This document shows, in pieces, positions 18,599-29,020 of a stretch of DNA of 64,000 bases (position 1 is the first letter of the stretch; the number at the start of each line of letters is the position of its first letter). The notes below the pieces were generated by a model. That model was not told where the DNA came from, searched no databases, and was given only the letters and a program-made list of their open reading frames with translations. The DNA is taken from the NCBI GenBank assembly GCA_041178425.1, contig JBEGVH010000020.1:87242-151241 (forward strand), given 5' to 3'. Source of the stretch: Pseudomonadota bacterium (GTDB lineage Bacteria > Bdellovibrionota > Bdellovibrionia > Bdellovibrionales > Bdellovibrionaceae). A program made the position numbers and the translations under genes.

Positions 18599-18604
18599 TA
18601 GATG

Positions 18605-19096
18605 CTACTCGTTGCCTCTTTGCTCACTATACGAAATTGAAAACAGCTCATCATTGACGAAGAGCTGAAGCTTACTATCTTCGGAGACAAAATCATAAAT
18701 TCCATTGGTTAAATTGAACTGCTTTGCCAGATCTTCTGCTTGAGCTCCTTGGAGGTTGATCGCAACTCTTTTCTTTGAAGTGTCTATTGTCACTCCAGGG
18801 CCATTTTGAATCATTATTGAGCCGTCGTATTGCCCTTGTCCGCGCTCGGCTACGATAAGAGTCAATGCACCCGACACTTCAATTTTCTTGCCTTTTCCCA
18901 TGATCGAGTTTTCTGGACTCACTTTCATAGCCTGATAAAGACGTATGGCATCGTCATCTGTTGAGGGTGAATAAGGGTTGCCCGATTGAATATTAATCAT
19001 CACTCGATCACCCGTGAGTGCGAAGTAGGAGCTTGTTCTTGCCCAGAGAATACTCGAAAGAAAAAGAATTAAGCCAATAACGAACAACTGACGCAT
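18605..19096 (-). CDS. secreted hypothetical protein
   Basis: Signal peptide; GGAGG SD. Confidence 0.7.
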   Translation of the reverse strand: MRQLFVIGLILFLSSILWARTSSYFALTGDRVMINIQSGNPYSPSTDDDAIRLYQAMKVSPENSIMGKGKKIEVSGALTLIVAERGQGQYDGSIMIQNGPGVTIDTSKKRVAINLQGAQAEDLAKQFNLTNGIYDFVSEDSKLQLFVNDELFSISYSEQRGNE

Positions 19097-19206
19097 GAAG
19101 CCTCCATTGGGCCCTATTCAAGGGCGCTTTTCATAGATTGTCAACTTTTGGCCTAGGAGATAAAATCTCGTTGATAGTTCTTATATCCAACACTAAAGGT
19201 TAAACG

Positions 19207-19854
19207 ATGAGACATATGCCGTCCGCCAGAATCCAATACCTCAATTCACTCGTTCCCGAAGATGATGCTTTTTGTAAACTGGCAAAGGCTGAAGCTCTCC
19301 GAATCAACAAAGAAGGCATATCAATCAGTCCCTTTGAAGGGAATATGCTTGGTTTTTTCATTCGCCAACAGAGCTGCAAAAAATTTGTTGAACTGGGAAC
19401 GCTCACTGGATACTCGGGGCTCAAGATTTTACAATCACTTCCTAATGATGGACACCTATGGACGCTCGAGCTTAACGAAGAACACGCTCGTATTGCATCG
19501 ACTCTTTTTGACCAAGCGGGATTCTCAGGTCGCTACACCCTTCTCGTCGGCAAGGCCGAAAACTTCCTCGAGGATCTTCTCACCCATGCACCCTTTGATG
19601 GCGTATTTATAGACGCTAATAAGGCGGCTTACCCCGCCTATCTTGATTGGAGCCTCAAAGCTATTAAAACAGGCGGACTCATCATAGCAGACAATACCCT
19701 TTTGAAAGGCGTTGTGCCCACTGATGACAAAGCTTCTCCAAATAAAATCACCCAGAACCTTCGCTTGTTTAACACCAAACTTTCCAATCGAGCCATTTTT
19801 GATTCAATTTTAATACCGACCGATGAAGGTCTAAGTATCGCCATTAAAAAGTAA
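19207..19854 (+). CDS. O-methyltransferase (CCoAOMT/TrmR-like family 3)
   Basis: ELGTLTGYS, FIDANK..YP.Y, GGLIIADN, DEGL. Confidence 0.9.
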   Translation: MRHMPSARIQYLNSLVPEDDAFCKLAKAEALRINKEGISISPFEGNMLGFFIRQQSCKKFVELGTLTGYSGLKILQSLPNDGHLWTLELNEEHARIASTLFDQAGFSGRYTLLVGKAENFLEDLLTHAPFDGVFIDANKAAYPAYLDWSLKAIKTGGLIIADNTLLKGVVPTDDKASPNKITQNLRLFNTKLSNRAIFDSILIPTDEGLSIAIKK

Positions 19855-19883
19855 AAAAAAGCCCCATCGATTGATGAGGCTTC
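19853..19883. terminator. terminator between convergent genes
   Basis: A8-GCCCCATC..GATGAGGC-TT hairpin. Confidence 0.6.
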
Positions 19884-19927
19884 TGAAAATCATTGAGACG
19901 TGGGAATAACTCCCCTTTGTCATTTTC

Positions 19928-22729
19928 TTAATGGCTATTTTTTCCCCATAGATCTTGCCATTGAGTTTTAGCTGATCTTTGGGACACCATCGCACTTAGT
20001 TGTGTACCTGCCACCTGAACGTTCTCAAGAGCTGTTTCAGACAAACCTTGCCCTACAGCTTCAACAACGGCCTCGGCATCAATTCCGTGAAGATGATAAA
20101 TGTCTTTTGGGCGTCCACACTTGGAGTGCTTTCTCACGGCACAGCTTATCTGCTTAACGCCGACGATAGAGCCGATATTGTCGAGAAGCCCAGCTTCTCC
20201 ATCGTGAACGCTCACGACCGGAACACGACGACCTGCGATAGCTACAAGCTCCGAATTCAAATCGCCTTCGGCAATAACATGAAGATCACCGCTGATTCCT
20301 AAGCCCTCACGGAGATACTGATAATTATTTTCATGAGCCTGAATACCCACAAGAAGATCTGAGCTGGTCACCATGATGACGTTTGCGTAGATTCCCTTTT
20401 TTAAGAGAGCCTCAGAGGCAATGATGGCCTCAGTGCCCAAGGCCCCCATCGCAAAGATATTAACCACGTTATCTCCTGGAACGTATCCAGCATAACCTCG
20501 GTAATCAATCAAGTAGTACGCGCCACTGAGAACATCGTTACGAAGTAACGCCATCATTTGCGATTCTGATTGCGTTTCGATAGTGCTTTCAACAACAGAG
20601 CCCTCCATCACGAACTCTTCACGGCTGAGTTGTTGCCCCTCAGTAAGACCAACTTTGAATCGGGCCTGCTTTTTTAAGTACTTCATGAGGTCTTTTTGCT
20701 CTACACCACGGGTCACACCGCGGATAAGTACCCCTGAACGACCTACGTTATCATACGTAAGGTGGCGTTTGATAGCATCACAAAGAATCCAATCGAGCTC
20801 GATACCAAAAAATGGTTCCCAAGTGATTTGATTCGGAATTTGAAAATCAGATTTCCATCCGTGTTGCGCGCCCTCTGGAGACAATGTCACTCCCGAAGGG
20901 GTTCCGACACAAATAAAACTCGATTTCCAGTAAAGGTTATAAAAATACTGATCGAGAGCTCTCTTAATAAAGAAGTCATACACTGTCATGAGCGGTAATA
21001 AGGGAATCCCAAGGGTATCGCGGATACGTCCAAAGGAACCAACACACGACATTACGTTTCCTTCAGCAATTTCAAAACGCAAATAACGATCCGATACTTC
21101 TTGCCCCGGAACCAGATCAGGAGTTTTTTCATCCTTCACATGAAGTTCTTGTTCGTAATCTTGAACAACATTGGCCCCGAAAATTTTTCCATCCATCGCT
21201 GGATTTAAATTCGTGCTCGTTCCCACATCTGGTGCCATCGACACCATCAACTCCCCAGGAAGCTTCCAAGCTTTTTCGACATCGCTAAGTGCTTTTTGGT
21301 TAGTTGCTAATTTATTCGCATCAAAAGAAGTGTTGGCGATACGAGTTAATTTAGCCGTTAACTGTCCAAGCATCCACTGAGTGTGCGGATAATTGGCCAT
21401 TTTGGTGTTGATCTCTAGACTCTCAGGAATTTCGCCAAATTTCTCTATTTCTGTTTTGAAGAACGCCTGATTTTTTTCCTTAAGAGCATTTTGAGCGAGG
21501 ATGTCTTTATAAAGAGCCTCTCCTCTTTGCTTAAGAAATTGCCCCTCAGAGCTCTTTTCATCAAAGCGAGCAAAGAGAGTTGAGCCCGTAATGCCCTGTT
21601 TTTGCCGAAGAGATTCAACCTCTTCTTCTGAAGGAAGCGCAGAATGGTTTCCGGCCTGAGCCGCACACTTCAAGTTCCATCCCTTTACCGTATGAGCAAT
21701 AATCATCGTGGGTTGACGCTTACTCTTTTTTGATTGGGCCATAGCTTCAGCGAGAGCAATCATGTCGTGACCGCCCATATCATGAAGGACCTTTTGAAGA
21801 TCTTCTTCAGTGAGAGTTTCCATGATCTTTTTTAAATGCGGTCTTTCTTTAATGATACCCGCCTTAAGGGCGTTCATGTCTTTAACAAGAAGAAGCGCCT
21901 GCAACTCATAATCTTCTAGTTCCTCTTCGAGGAACTTTTGGAATAGATCACCGCCCGGACGTTTAAATATTTCTTGTCTGAATTTTCCGTGACGGACTTG
22001 AATTACTTCCCAACCGTTAGCAACCATGGTTCGTTCAATACGAACGGCATCCGTCCCCTTCATGATGGACTTGTTGGTAATACGGTGTCCATCAAGACTC
22101 TGGCGATTGTAATCAACAATCCAAGTTAAGTTTCCGATCTCTCGTTCGGCAAAATCGGGGATGGCTTCGTACATCGAACCTTCACGAAATTCTGAGTCAC
22201 CACAAATCGACCAAAAATGAGCTTCTGGAACTTCGTACTTGTGCTCTTTTGCAAAACGATAGGCGAGCGCGAGATAACCTGCTTGCACTGGAGGTATTCC
22301 AACCGTTCCTGATGGAAAAAAGTTATGCCCATCGGGATCTAGAGCCGAATGATAACTTTGAAACACAGGTTCGCCATTTTGTGAATAAGCGCGAAGCCCC
22401 ATCATTGCGGTATTCGCATCTTCCAAACTCATTTTTGAAAGATCCTGTTTTAAGAAAAGATCCATGAGATAGTTGTAAGAGTGATCCGTGGGTGATGCGT
22501 GTGGCTTGTTCGCAATGAAATCAAAACCCGTTTTGGCAACCAGATGAAGAGCTCCAAGTATGTGAAGGGAACTCGCACAAGCGGAAGCATGACCTCCAAC
22601 CTTTGGATCGCCTTTTTCTTTATCGGCTCTGTGATTTGCCTGAGAAATCATTTGGGTTGCAAGATAGTGCGCACGGAGTGCGATTTTTTCTAAAACTTCA
22701 CGAGAAGCTACGCTTTTACTGTTTGCCAT
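19928..22729 (-). CDS. aceE: pyruvate dehydrogenase E1, homodimeric AceE type
   Basis: KVGGH, KPHASP, GDSE..EG..E...NL..IVDYNRQSLD, IAHTVKG, PSGVTLSPEGAQH. Confidence 0.85.
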   Translation of the reverse strand: MANSKSVASREVLEKIALRAHYLATQMISQANHRADKEKGDPKVGGHASACASSLHILGALHLVAKTGFDFIANKPHASPTDHSYNYLMDLFLKQDLSKMSLEDANTAMMGLRAYSQNGEPVFQSYHSALDPDGHNFFPSGTVGIPPVQAGYLALAYRFAKEHKYEVPEAHFWSICGDSEFREGSMYEAIPDFAEREIGNLTWIVDYNRQSLDGHRITNKSIMKGTDAVRIERTMVANGWEVIQVRHGKFRQEIFKRPGGDLFQKFLEEELEDYELQALLLVKDMNALKAGIIKERPHLKKIMETLTEEDLQKVLHDMGGHDMIALAEAMAQSKKSKRQPTMIIAHTVKGWNLKCAAQAGNHSALPSEEEVESLRQKQGITGSTLFARFDEKSSEGQFLKQRGEALYKDILAQNALKEKNQAFFKTEIEKFGEIPESLEINTKMANYPHTQWMLGQLTAKLTRIANTSFDANKLATNQKALSDVEKAWKLPGELMVSMAPDVGTSTNLNPAMDGKIFGANVVQDYEQELHVKDEKTPDLVPGQEVSDRYLRFEIAEGNVMSCVGSFGRIRDTLGIPLLPLMTVYDFFIKRALDQYFYNLYWKSSFICVGTPSGVTLSPEGAQHGWKSDFQIPNQITWEPFFGIELDWILCDAIKRHLTYDNVGRSGVLIRGVTRGVEQKDLMKYLKKQARFKVGLTEGQQLSREEFVMEGSVVESTIETQSESQMMALLRNDVLSGAYYLIDYRGYAGYVPGDNVVNIFAMGALGTEAIIASEALLKKGIYANVIMVTSSDLLVGIQAHENNYQYLREGLGISGDLHVIAEGDLNSELVAIAGRRVPVVSVHDGEAGLLDNIGSIVGVKQISCAVRKHSKCGRPKDIYHLHGIDAEAVVEAVGQGLSETALENVQVAGTQLSAMVSQRSAKTQWQDLWGKNSH

Positions 22730-22836
22730 TCTCTCACCTTAAATTGAACTATGGTTTTAGCTTAAATAAAGTTAATCTCTTATCATTTAATCCTCCTCAA
22801 TGGCAAAGAATAGTCTTTGCCGAGAGCGGAGATTTA

Positions 22837-23709
22837 TTAGGCTTCCACGACGAACTCCCATTCGATTTTCACTGTGCCATCAGAATCAACAATCCCCTTG
22901 GGAGGGTTGGGAAAAGGCGCGGCCGCTTTAAAGGCCTCTACAGCGGCTTCGTCGAGGTCTTGAACCCCTGATGCACCCAGGACCTGGACTTTCATCAGAC
23001 TGCCCCCAGCATCCAAGACGATCTGAACCTTAGTGATTCGATCCCCATTCGAGGCAATGCGGCGTCCTTTTTTGAAGAGGGCCAGAATTTTCTGCTTAAT
23101 TTTAGGCTCCCAGTATTGGGTCAATTGGTTTCTGATACGGTTGTAGTAGGTAAAATACACAAACTCCCTAGTACTTAAAAGCGTCTCCACACCAGCCTCT
23201 TTGTCGGGCAAATAATCCCGGGTCTGGGAGGTTTCGGCCCCCTTCGATCCTGCTCGCCCTGTCTCTCGCCTTTGCTGGTCGAAAGACTTAGCCAAAGAGT
23301 CTTTATAGGATCCAAATAAATCCTTTGGTAAGGGTGTCGCTTTTCGTTGCTGGACAGCTTCTTGGTTGGCGCCTTGGGAGGGTGTCGCTTGAAGCTTTCG
23401 GTTTTGAAAATCACCATGATTTTTAGCCACTGTTTCTTTAAGAACTTTTTGATTATGAGAACTCAAATAATTGGCTAATGGATCAATCTCGTTATTGATT
23501 TTTTCTTGCTCGACAATTTGTTTTTTTTCTTCTTTTGGTTCGTCGGTCTTCGCTTTTAACGTTTCTGGTTCAAAAATTTCAATACTTATGGCTTGGCGAG
23601 ACGGTACTCTCGGGGGACTTTGTCGGCCCCAAAAATGAAGCAAAAACACTACCAGCGCGTGCACAAAAACAGAGTACAAAAGGTATTTTTGCAAATTGAT
23701 TGCTGGCAT
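22837..23709 (-). CDS. TonB/TolA C-terminal domain membrane protein
   Basis: N-terminal TM SVFVH; C-terminal SG...LDEAAVEAFKAAAPFPNPP; start 23709 downstream of a sigma-28 site. Confidence 0.85.
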   Translation of the reverse strand: MPAINLQKYLLYSVFVHALVVFLLHFWGRQSPPRVPSRQAISIEIFEPETLKAKTDEPKEEKKQIVEQEKINNEIDPLANYLSSHNQKVLKETVAKNHGDFQNRKLQATPSQGANQEAVQQRKATPLPKDLFGSYKDSLAKSFDQQRRETGRAGSKGAETSQTRDYLPDKEAGVETLLSTREFVYFTYYNRIRNQLTQYWEPKIKQKILALFKKGRRIASNGDRITKVQIVLDAGGSLMKVQVLGASGVQDLDEAAVEAFKAAAPFPNPPKGIVDSDGTVKIEWEFVVEA

Positions 23710-23726
23710 GAAACCTTCCCCTGACT

Positions 23727-23754
23727 TTATCGGTTTCAAAACACCTTAACTTGA
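23727..23754 (-). promoter_or_regulatory. sigma-28-type promoter
   Basis: TCAA-N16-ACCGATAA. Confidence 0.6.
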
Positions 23755-23884
23755 GCGGCCGCTGCAGGTTTTAAGTGGATTTTATTTATTATTTACGCGC
23801 AACTTTTTACCACCACCTAGCCTTTCTGCGAGGTCATACATTTGTTAGTTGGATTGCGGCAAAACGATGTCTAGAATATAACCT

Positions 23885-24607
23885 ATGCAAGCTAAGGGAT
23901 GGGTAAAAACAGACCCCGGACTCAAACGTGAAAACAACCAAGATTCATTTCTCGTTGAAAAGAATCTTGGTATTTTCATTGTCGCCGACGGAATGGGCGG
24001 CCACAAAGGCGGAGAGGTCGCCTCTTCTCTAGCCTGTTCCTCCATAAGAGACGTTTTTGCCAATCCAAATAATCAGCATTTGAATCCTCGAGAATTGATC
24101 CGCTTTGCTTATTCTGAAGCAAGCTCTCAGATCTTTGATCATGCGAGAGAAAATCCAGATCTCTCCGGGATGGGCACCACGCTTGTCATGGGTTACTTTA
24201 CAAAAAGTACGCTCTACATCGCTAATGTAGGCGATTCACGATGTTATCTGATTCGCAATAGCCTAATGTGGCAAATCACCGAAGATCATTCACTCATGAA
24301 CGAACAAATTCGAGCTGGGATTCTCACTCCTGAACAGGCCTCGAAAATGGTAGCAAAGAATGTAATCACCCGTAGTGTTGGTTTCGAACGAGACGTTAAC
24401 TGCGATATCATCGAAAGACCTGTGAGCCTGGGCGAAACCTACCTTTTTTGCTCAGACGGACTTCATGGGTTGGTGAGCGATAAGAGAATTAATGAGATCG
24501 TTTATAAAAACCCTATCGAACTGGCTCCCCAAATATTGGTTGATGAAGCTAAAAAGAACGGCGGCGACGATAACGTAACCACCCTCCTCGTAAAAATTAT
24601 CGATTAA
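23885..24607 (+). CDS. PP2C-family Ser/Thr protein phosphatase (Stp1/PrpC)
   Basis: R.NNQD, VADGMGGH, GMGTT, NVGDSR, CSDGL, GGDDNVT. Confidence 0.95.
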   Translation: MQAKGWVKTDPGLKRENNQDSFLVEKNLGIFIVADGMGGHKGGEVASSLACSSIRDVFANPNNQHLNPRELIRFAYSEASSQIFDHARENPDLSGMGTTLVMGYFTKSTLYIANVGDSRCYLIRNSLMWQITEDHSLMNEQIRAGILTPEQASKMVAKNVITRSVGFERDVNCDIIERPVSLGETYLFCSDGLHGLVSDKRINEIVYKNPIELAPQILVDEAKKNGGDDNVTTLLVKIID

Positions 24608-24617
24608 GAGAGGTACC

Positions 24618-25628
24618 GTGGAAGCTAAAAAGGTAACCTTTTTTATCGTCAGCGATGAAAACAAAGAGACTAAAAAACTTGTAGTACCAACTAAATGGTT
24701 GCGCGCAAGCGTTGTTTCAGGGGTTCTCGTTAGTATTGTTATACTGGCTTTTATTTTTGACTACTTAGGAATTCTCTTTGAGCTTCACGAAATGAAAAAG
24801 CTGAAAATAGAAAACCTCCAGTTAAAAAAACAGTTTCAGTTAGTCGAAACTAAGGTAACAGCTCTCGAGAGCGCTCTCGAAAGAGTAAAAACTTTTTCGA
24901 GTAAACTAAAACTAATTACTAATGTCGAAGATCAAAATCGTGGTTTAAAACTTGCCGTTGGAGTTGAACCAAAGCCCGGGCAAAATGTAGATGATGCCGC
25001 CAGTCAGGCCATTCCAGAACAACGACCCGCTCTTCAGCAAATGGTGGCAGAAGAGGGAGAGGTGTCTGAAGAAACTCCACTCAATGAAGCCCAGGGTGAG
25101 TTGGCCGTAGAAAAAACAAACGAGTATAGTTCTCTGGCCATTAGAATCGACCGCGCCGTTAAACAGAGTCAGCTTCGCGAACAAAGTGTGATCGAACTTT
25201 GGGATCGGCTTTCTAATAGTCAAAGTCTGTTAAACTCAACTCCAAGCATTAGACCTGCCCGTGGATGGCTCGTTTCGAAATTCGGTTACCGAATTTCGCC
25301 TTTCACAGGTAAAGCGGCCATGCATAATGGTATTGATATCGCCGCAGCACCGGGAACTCCTATTTTTGCTCCCGCCGATGGAATTGTAACCTTTGCTGCC
25401 TTTGATGAGACTTATGGGAAACTCATCGCCATCGACCACGGCTACGGAATCATGACACGATTTGGACATAACTCCCAACTCTATGTGCAAGTTGGCCAAA
25501 GGGTAAAGCGTTGGGATGTTATTGGTGCCATTGGTAATACGGGCCGGTCGACGGGCCCGCACTGTCACTATGAAGTTCGCCTGAATAATATTCCAATTGA
25601 TCCAAGCAACTATATTTTAGACGAGTAG
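24618..25628 (+). CDS. M23 peptidoglycan endopeptidase with TM anchor and coiled coil
   Basis: HNGID, GNTGRSTGPHCHYEV. Confidence 0.92.
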   Translation: MEAKKVTFFIVSDENKETKKLVVPTKWLRASVVSGVLVSIVILAFIFDYLGILFELHEMKKLKIENLQLKKQFQLVETKVTALESALERVKTFSSKLKLITNVEDQNRGLKLAVGVEPKPGQNVDDAASQAIPEQRPALQQMVAEEGEVSEETPLNEAQGELAVEKTNEYSSLAIRIDRAVKQSQLREQSVIELWDRLSNSQSLLNSTPSIRPARGWLVSKFGYRISPFTGKAAMHNGIDIAAAPGTPIFAPADGIVTFAAFDETYGKLIAIDHGYGIMTRFGHNSQLYVQVGQRVKRWDVIGAIGNTGRSTGPHCHYEVRLNNIPIDPSNYILDE

Positions 25629-25630
25629 AT

Positions 25631-27889
25631 CTAACGACCAACACACTTCAGTTCACTCAGTTTTTTCGAAACTCTCATTGCAAGGTTCTGAAAACCGCGG
25701 TTCACCAAGTTATACTCCGTCTTTAAAATGAGCGAATTCCTATCTTCTTTTCCATCAATTCTTCGTCTTCCACAAACATCAACAACACCAGATCCTGTTT
25801 TACTGTCGATGAAAGTAGAGATATTAGAACAAAAATGCTTAATGGCCATCATGTGATCAAGAGCGGCTGACCAGTTCAACCAACTCTCCTCCAGTCGCTG
25901 ACACATCACTTCATGTTGAGCACTTCCAAGAGGAAAGCGCCTTGGAGAAATAAAATCAAAGGTTTCCTCTTTAACATCTACCAACAAGAGTTCTCGAAAT
26001 ACCGTTTCAGGGAGCACCGAAAACGTTTCATCAATGTAAGTCATCTTTTTACGGCTACTAACTCTCATCTGGCGAACTTCGTTCATCAAATCCGAAACTG
26101 ATTGATTGAAAAGACTGATCGCCCGCGAGTGCATATTGTAAGTATGTTGCAACCAACTCTCTATAGGAGACTTAGTTAAAGTCCAAGCGCCCTTAGAACC
26201 AAAAAGAGTATTTCGAAGGCTCTCCATCCGTTGATGGAGCTCCGTTTTCGACATGACACTACTATCTTGCGACGCTTTTTCCATGGTTTTAACCACACGC
26301 TTCAAGGTTTCGCGATCTTTTTCTAAGGCTGAAGTTCTAGAGTACCAGTCTTTATAAATAGGATTTTCACTCCATTTTTTCTCCGAGAGTTGCTCTTGGG
26401 CATTGAGCTCTTCTTCAAGTGTTTGAAGGATTCTATCTAAGGTACTGACAAAGCGACTTGTCGATTGACCGCAATAGCCCATTCGATAGCCACTCACCGA
26501 CACCACATTGTTTTCGAGTTCCGAAATCGCAACTTCATACTGTCTGGATGTTGCTTTGAGAGAAATGCGATTATGAGGAATACCAATCTCTAATATTTTT
26601 TTAAAATTTGTGTTTATGCTTACTGGAAACAAACCTGCCTTATGATTTTCGATAATTTCCATTCCCAAGGAGCAGGCCATAGCATCATCTGTTACGCGAG
26701 CTAAATACTTTTTCAGTTCCTGAAGTGACCGCATGTCTGCGTACATCTGACTGCGAATATCATCGATGTGTTTATAAAAATCCTGGCGATTTTGAAGAAT
26801 TTCGTTCAGCGAACTCCCCAGATTCTGCTGATTATAAAACATGACCTGATTCAATTGGTTGATTTCTCGAGTTAACATTTCAATTTGTCCGCTCTGAGCT
26901 AACTTCAAATAACGAACTTTTGTTGCTACTCGGTTGTATTCACAAGTGGCTTTTAAAACTGTTTGTCGGTGCTCATAGCGGTTCATATCAAGAATTTTGT
27001 TCGAAGACAGTTGACCAACAACTTTAACCACACCAGCCAAACCAACAACACCAAGTACATAAGGAACGGCCACTGTCATGCTCGATGCCGCTGCCGCAGC
27101 AAACAAAGCATAGGGAGCTACGCCCGTCACCAAGTCACTCAGCGCTACGAGAGCCGTCCCTGCTGTCATCATTTCTCGACCGCATCGAGAGTTGATAAGA
27201 GAATTATTATTAAGAGTCTCGGTAAGGTAGTTAATACCCATAAGCATTGTCTGAAGTTGCCCATCAAAAGTTGCCAGGTTTTCATTGAGATGCTCGGGGT
27301 CGTTCCAAATTCGTCGCAATTCGCCAGCGGATGTTCTCATTTGCTCTTGAACTTTAAGGGAGTTACCCAAGTTTGATTCATTTCGACATTCAGGTACTGT
27401 TTGAATAGCCCTTTCTAGAGTATCTAAAGCGGCCAGTAAATCGGCGTTTCCTTCTTGATCAATAAGAGGACAAGCATAATTGAGTGTAATAGTTCCACCC
27501 GGGTAGCTTGGGTAACCTGGATTACTTGGATATGTCGGATACCCAGGGTTTGTAGGGTAAGTGGGATATGAGGGAACTGTTGGCGCACCAGGGTTTGTAG
27601 GCACAGAAGGATTCGTAGGAACTGATGGTGATGGAACAGTCGGTAATGGCGTCGGTGTGCCTCCAGGCCACGCGGGAGCTGTATTTCCTCGCCCGATAGG
27701 AACACTTGGATCCAAAGGGTTTGCTGGAAGCCCCGGAATTCCGATTCCAACGGTCGGCCCACTTATCGCCGGTGTTGTCGGCAAAGGGAGCGGAACAACG
27801 GGTGGTAAGCCAGGTCCAAATGGATTAGCCATTAATTGGCTACTAATAAAAAGCAGCGAAATAGTCAGAGATAGTAATCGACGAAGCAT
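25631..27889 (-). CDS. secreted hypothetical protein: Pro-rich N-terminus, hydrophobic hairpin, coiled coils
   Basis: Signal peptide; PTNP/PTYP/PGY repeats; multiple Cys. Confidence 0.75.
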   Translation of the reverse strand: MLRRLLSLTISLLFISSQLMANPFGPGLPPVVPLPLPTTPAISGPTVGIGIPGLPANPLDPSVPIGRGNTAPAWPGGTPTPLPTVPSPSVPTNPSVPTNPGAPTVPSYPTYPTNPGYPTYPSNPGYPSYPGGTITLNYACPLIDQEGNADLLAALDTLERAIQTVPECRNESNLGNSLKVQEQMRTSAGELRRIWNDPEHLNENLATFDGQLQTMLMGINYLTETLNNNSLINSRCGREMMTAGTALVALSDLVTGVAPYALFAAAAASSMTVAVPYVLGVVGLAGVVKVVGQLSSNKILDMNRYEHRQTVLKATCEYNRVATKVRYLKLAQSGQIEMLTREINQLNQVMFYNQQNLGSSLNEILQNRQDFYKHIDDIRSQMYADMRSLQELKKYLARVTDDAMACSLGMEIIENHKAGLFPVSINTNFKKILEIGIPHNRISLKATSRQYEVAISELENNVVSVSGYRMGYCGQSTSRFVSTLDRILQTLEEELNAQEQLSEKKWSENPIYKDWYSRTSALEKDRETLKRVVKTMEKASQDSSVMSKTELHQRMESLRNTLFGSKGAWTLTKSPIESWLQHTYNMHSRAISLFNQSVSDLMNEVRQMRVSSRKKMTYIDETFSVLPETVFRELLLVDVKEETFDFISPRRFPLGSAQHEVMCQRLEESWLNWSAALDHMMAIKHFCSNISTFIDSKTGSGVVDVCGRRRIDGKEDRNSLILKTEYNLVNRGFQNLAMRVSKKLSELKCVGR
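27495..27665 (-). repeat. intragenic Pro-x-x repeats (PTNPSV, PTYPTNPGY)
   Basis: Seen directly in the translation. Confidence 0.75.
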
Positions 27890-28018
27890 GAGACGTACTC
27901 CTGTGATTTATTACATCCCGAACGCGAAGATTGGCCAGACCCGCAATCGCCAGAGTCAACCTGCTTCACTTCACACCCAGTTGAAGTTTCCGCCAGACTA
28001 TTGAGCAATCTTAATACC

Positions 28019-28050
28019 AAAAAAAAACCCCTGGTTTGGCCAGGGGTTTT
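28019..28050 (-). terminator. rho-independent terminator after rpsI
   Basis: AAAACCCCTGG/CCAGGGGTTTT stem with U-tract on -. Confidence 0.85.
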
Positions 28051-28079
28051 GAAAACATAAAGTTTGTAAAACGTAGATA

Positions 28080-28475
28080 TTAACGTTTTGAGAACTGACA
28101 GCTTCTACGAGCGCCGTGTTTACCGTATTTTTTACGTTCAACCATACGTGGATCACGAGTCAAGAAGCCAGCTTTTTTAAGAGCAGCTCTTAATTCAGGA
28201 TTGTAAGCAGTTAATGCGCGAGAAATTCCAAGTCTTAGAGCACCAGCTTGTCCAGACTCACCGCCACCAGCAACAGTCGCGTTGATATCGAATTTGCCAA
28301 CTTGGTTAATAATATCAAAAGGCTGAAGCATGATCATGCGAGAAATAGCATTCTTAAGAGCCTTTTCAGGTTCAGCTCCGTTGACCGTCACTTTACCTTT
28401 TCCTGGTTTAAGAAATACACGAGCCGCGCTGGTTTTTCTTCTTCCTGTACCGTAGTAATACTTTTCAGCAGCCAT
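28080..28475 (-). CDS. rpsI: 30S ribosomal protein S9
   Basis: [40 protein letters not shown]. Confidence 0.98.
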   Translation of the reverse strand: MAAEKYYYGTGRRKTSAARVFLKPGKGKVTVNGAEPEKALKNAISRMIMLQPFDIINQVGKFDINATVAGGGESGQAGALRLGISRALTAYNPELRAALKKAGFLTRDPRMVERKKYGKHGARRSCQFSKR

Positions 28476-28492
28476 CGATCCTTATCCTTTAC

Positions 28493-28927
28493 TTAGTGTT
28501 TGATGGTCAATGTTTGTGGTTTTTGAGCCTCATGAGTATGATTAGGGCCAGCAAAAACTTTCAATTTAGTAAGAATGTCTCTAGAAAGACGGTTAGTTGG
28601 CAACATACCGCGCACAGCTTCCTTAATAATAAAGGAAGGGTCTTTTTCTAACATCTGCTCAGCAGTCAATTCTTTCAAAGAACCGAAGAAACGAGTGTGG
28701 CTGTAGTACTTTTTGCTCAACCATTTGTTTCCAGTCATATTGATTTTTTCACAGTTAACGATAACGACGAAATCACCGCAATCAACATTTGGAGTGAAAG
28801 TAGGCTTGTTTTTACCACGCAAAATGTTTGCAACTTCAGTCGAAAGACGACCTAATGTTAAATCAGTGGCATCAATAACCCACCAAGCTCTGTTAACTTC
28901 ATCCGTTTTTGCAATCCACGTTTTCAT
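28493..28927 (-). CDS. rplM: 50S ribosomal protein L13
   Basis: MKT, LGRLS, LRGKNKPTFTPNVDCGD, AVRGMLP, HEAQKP; GGAG SD before ATG 28927. Confidence 0.98.
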   Translation of the reverse strand: MKTWIAKTDEVNRAWWVIDATDLTLGRLSTEVANILRGKNKPTFTPNVDCGDFVVIVNCEKINMTGNKWLSKKYYSHTRFFGSLKELTAEQMLEKDPSFIIKEAVRGMLPTNRLSRDILTKLKVFAGPNHTHEAQKPQTLTIKH

Positions 28928-28991
28928 AAATTCGCTCCAAACAAAGGTTCCAAACATAGGAACCCGCTAATTCTGACAATCGGAAGTGAAT

Positions 28992-29020
28992 CTTTTAGAT
29001 TCCTAGCTACCTAATGTCAA
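28992..29020 (-). promoter_or_regulatory. sigma-70-type promoter for rplM-rpsI overlapping the truA 3' end
   Basis: TTGACA-N17-TAAAAG. Confidence 0.55.

Noticed and set aside
27561..28004. Gly-rich 147-aa + strand ORF
   Set aside because: Antisense of the Pro-rich repeat region.
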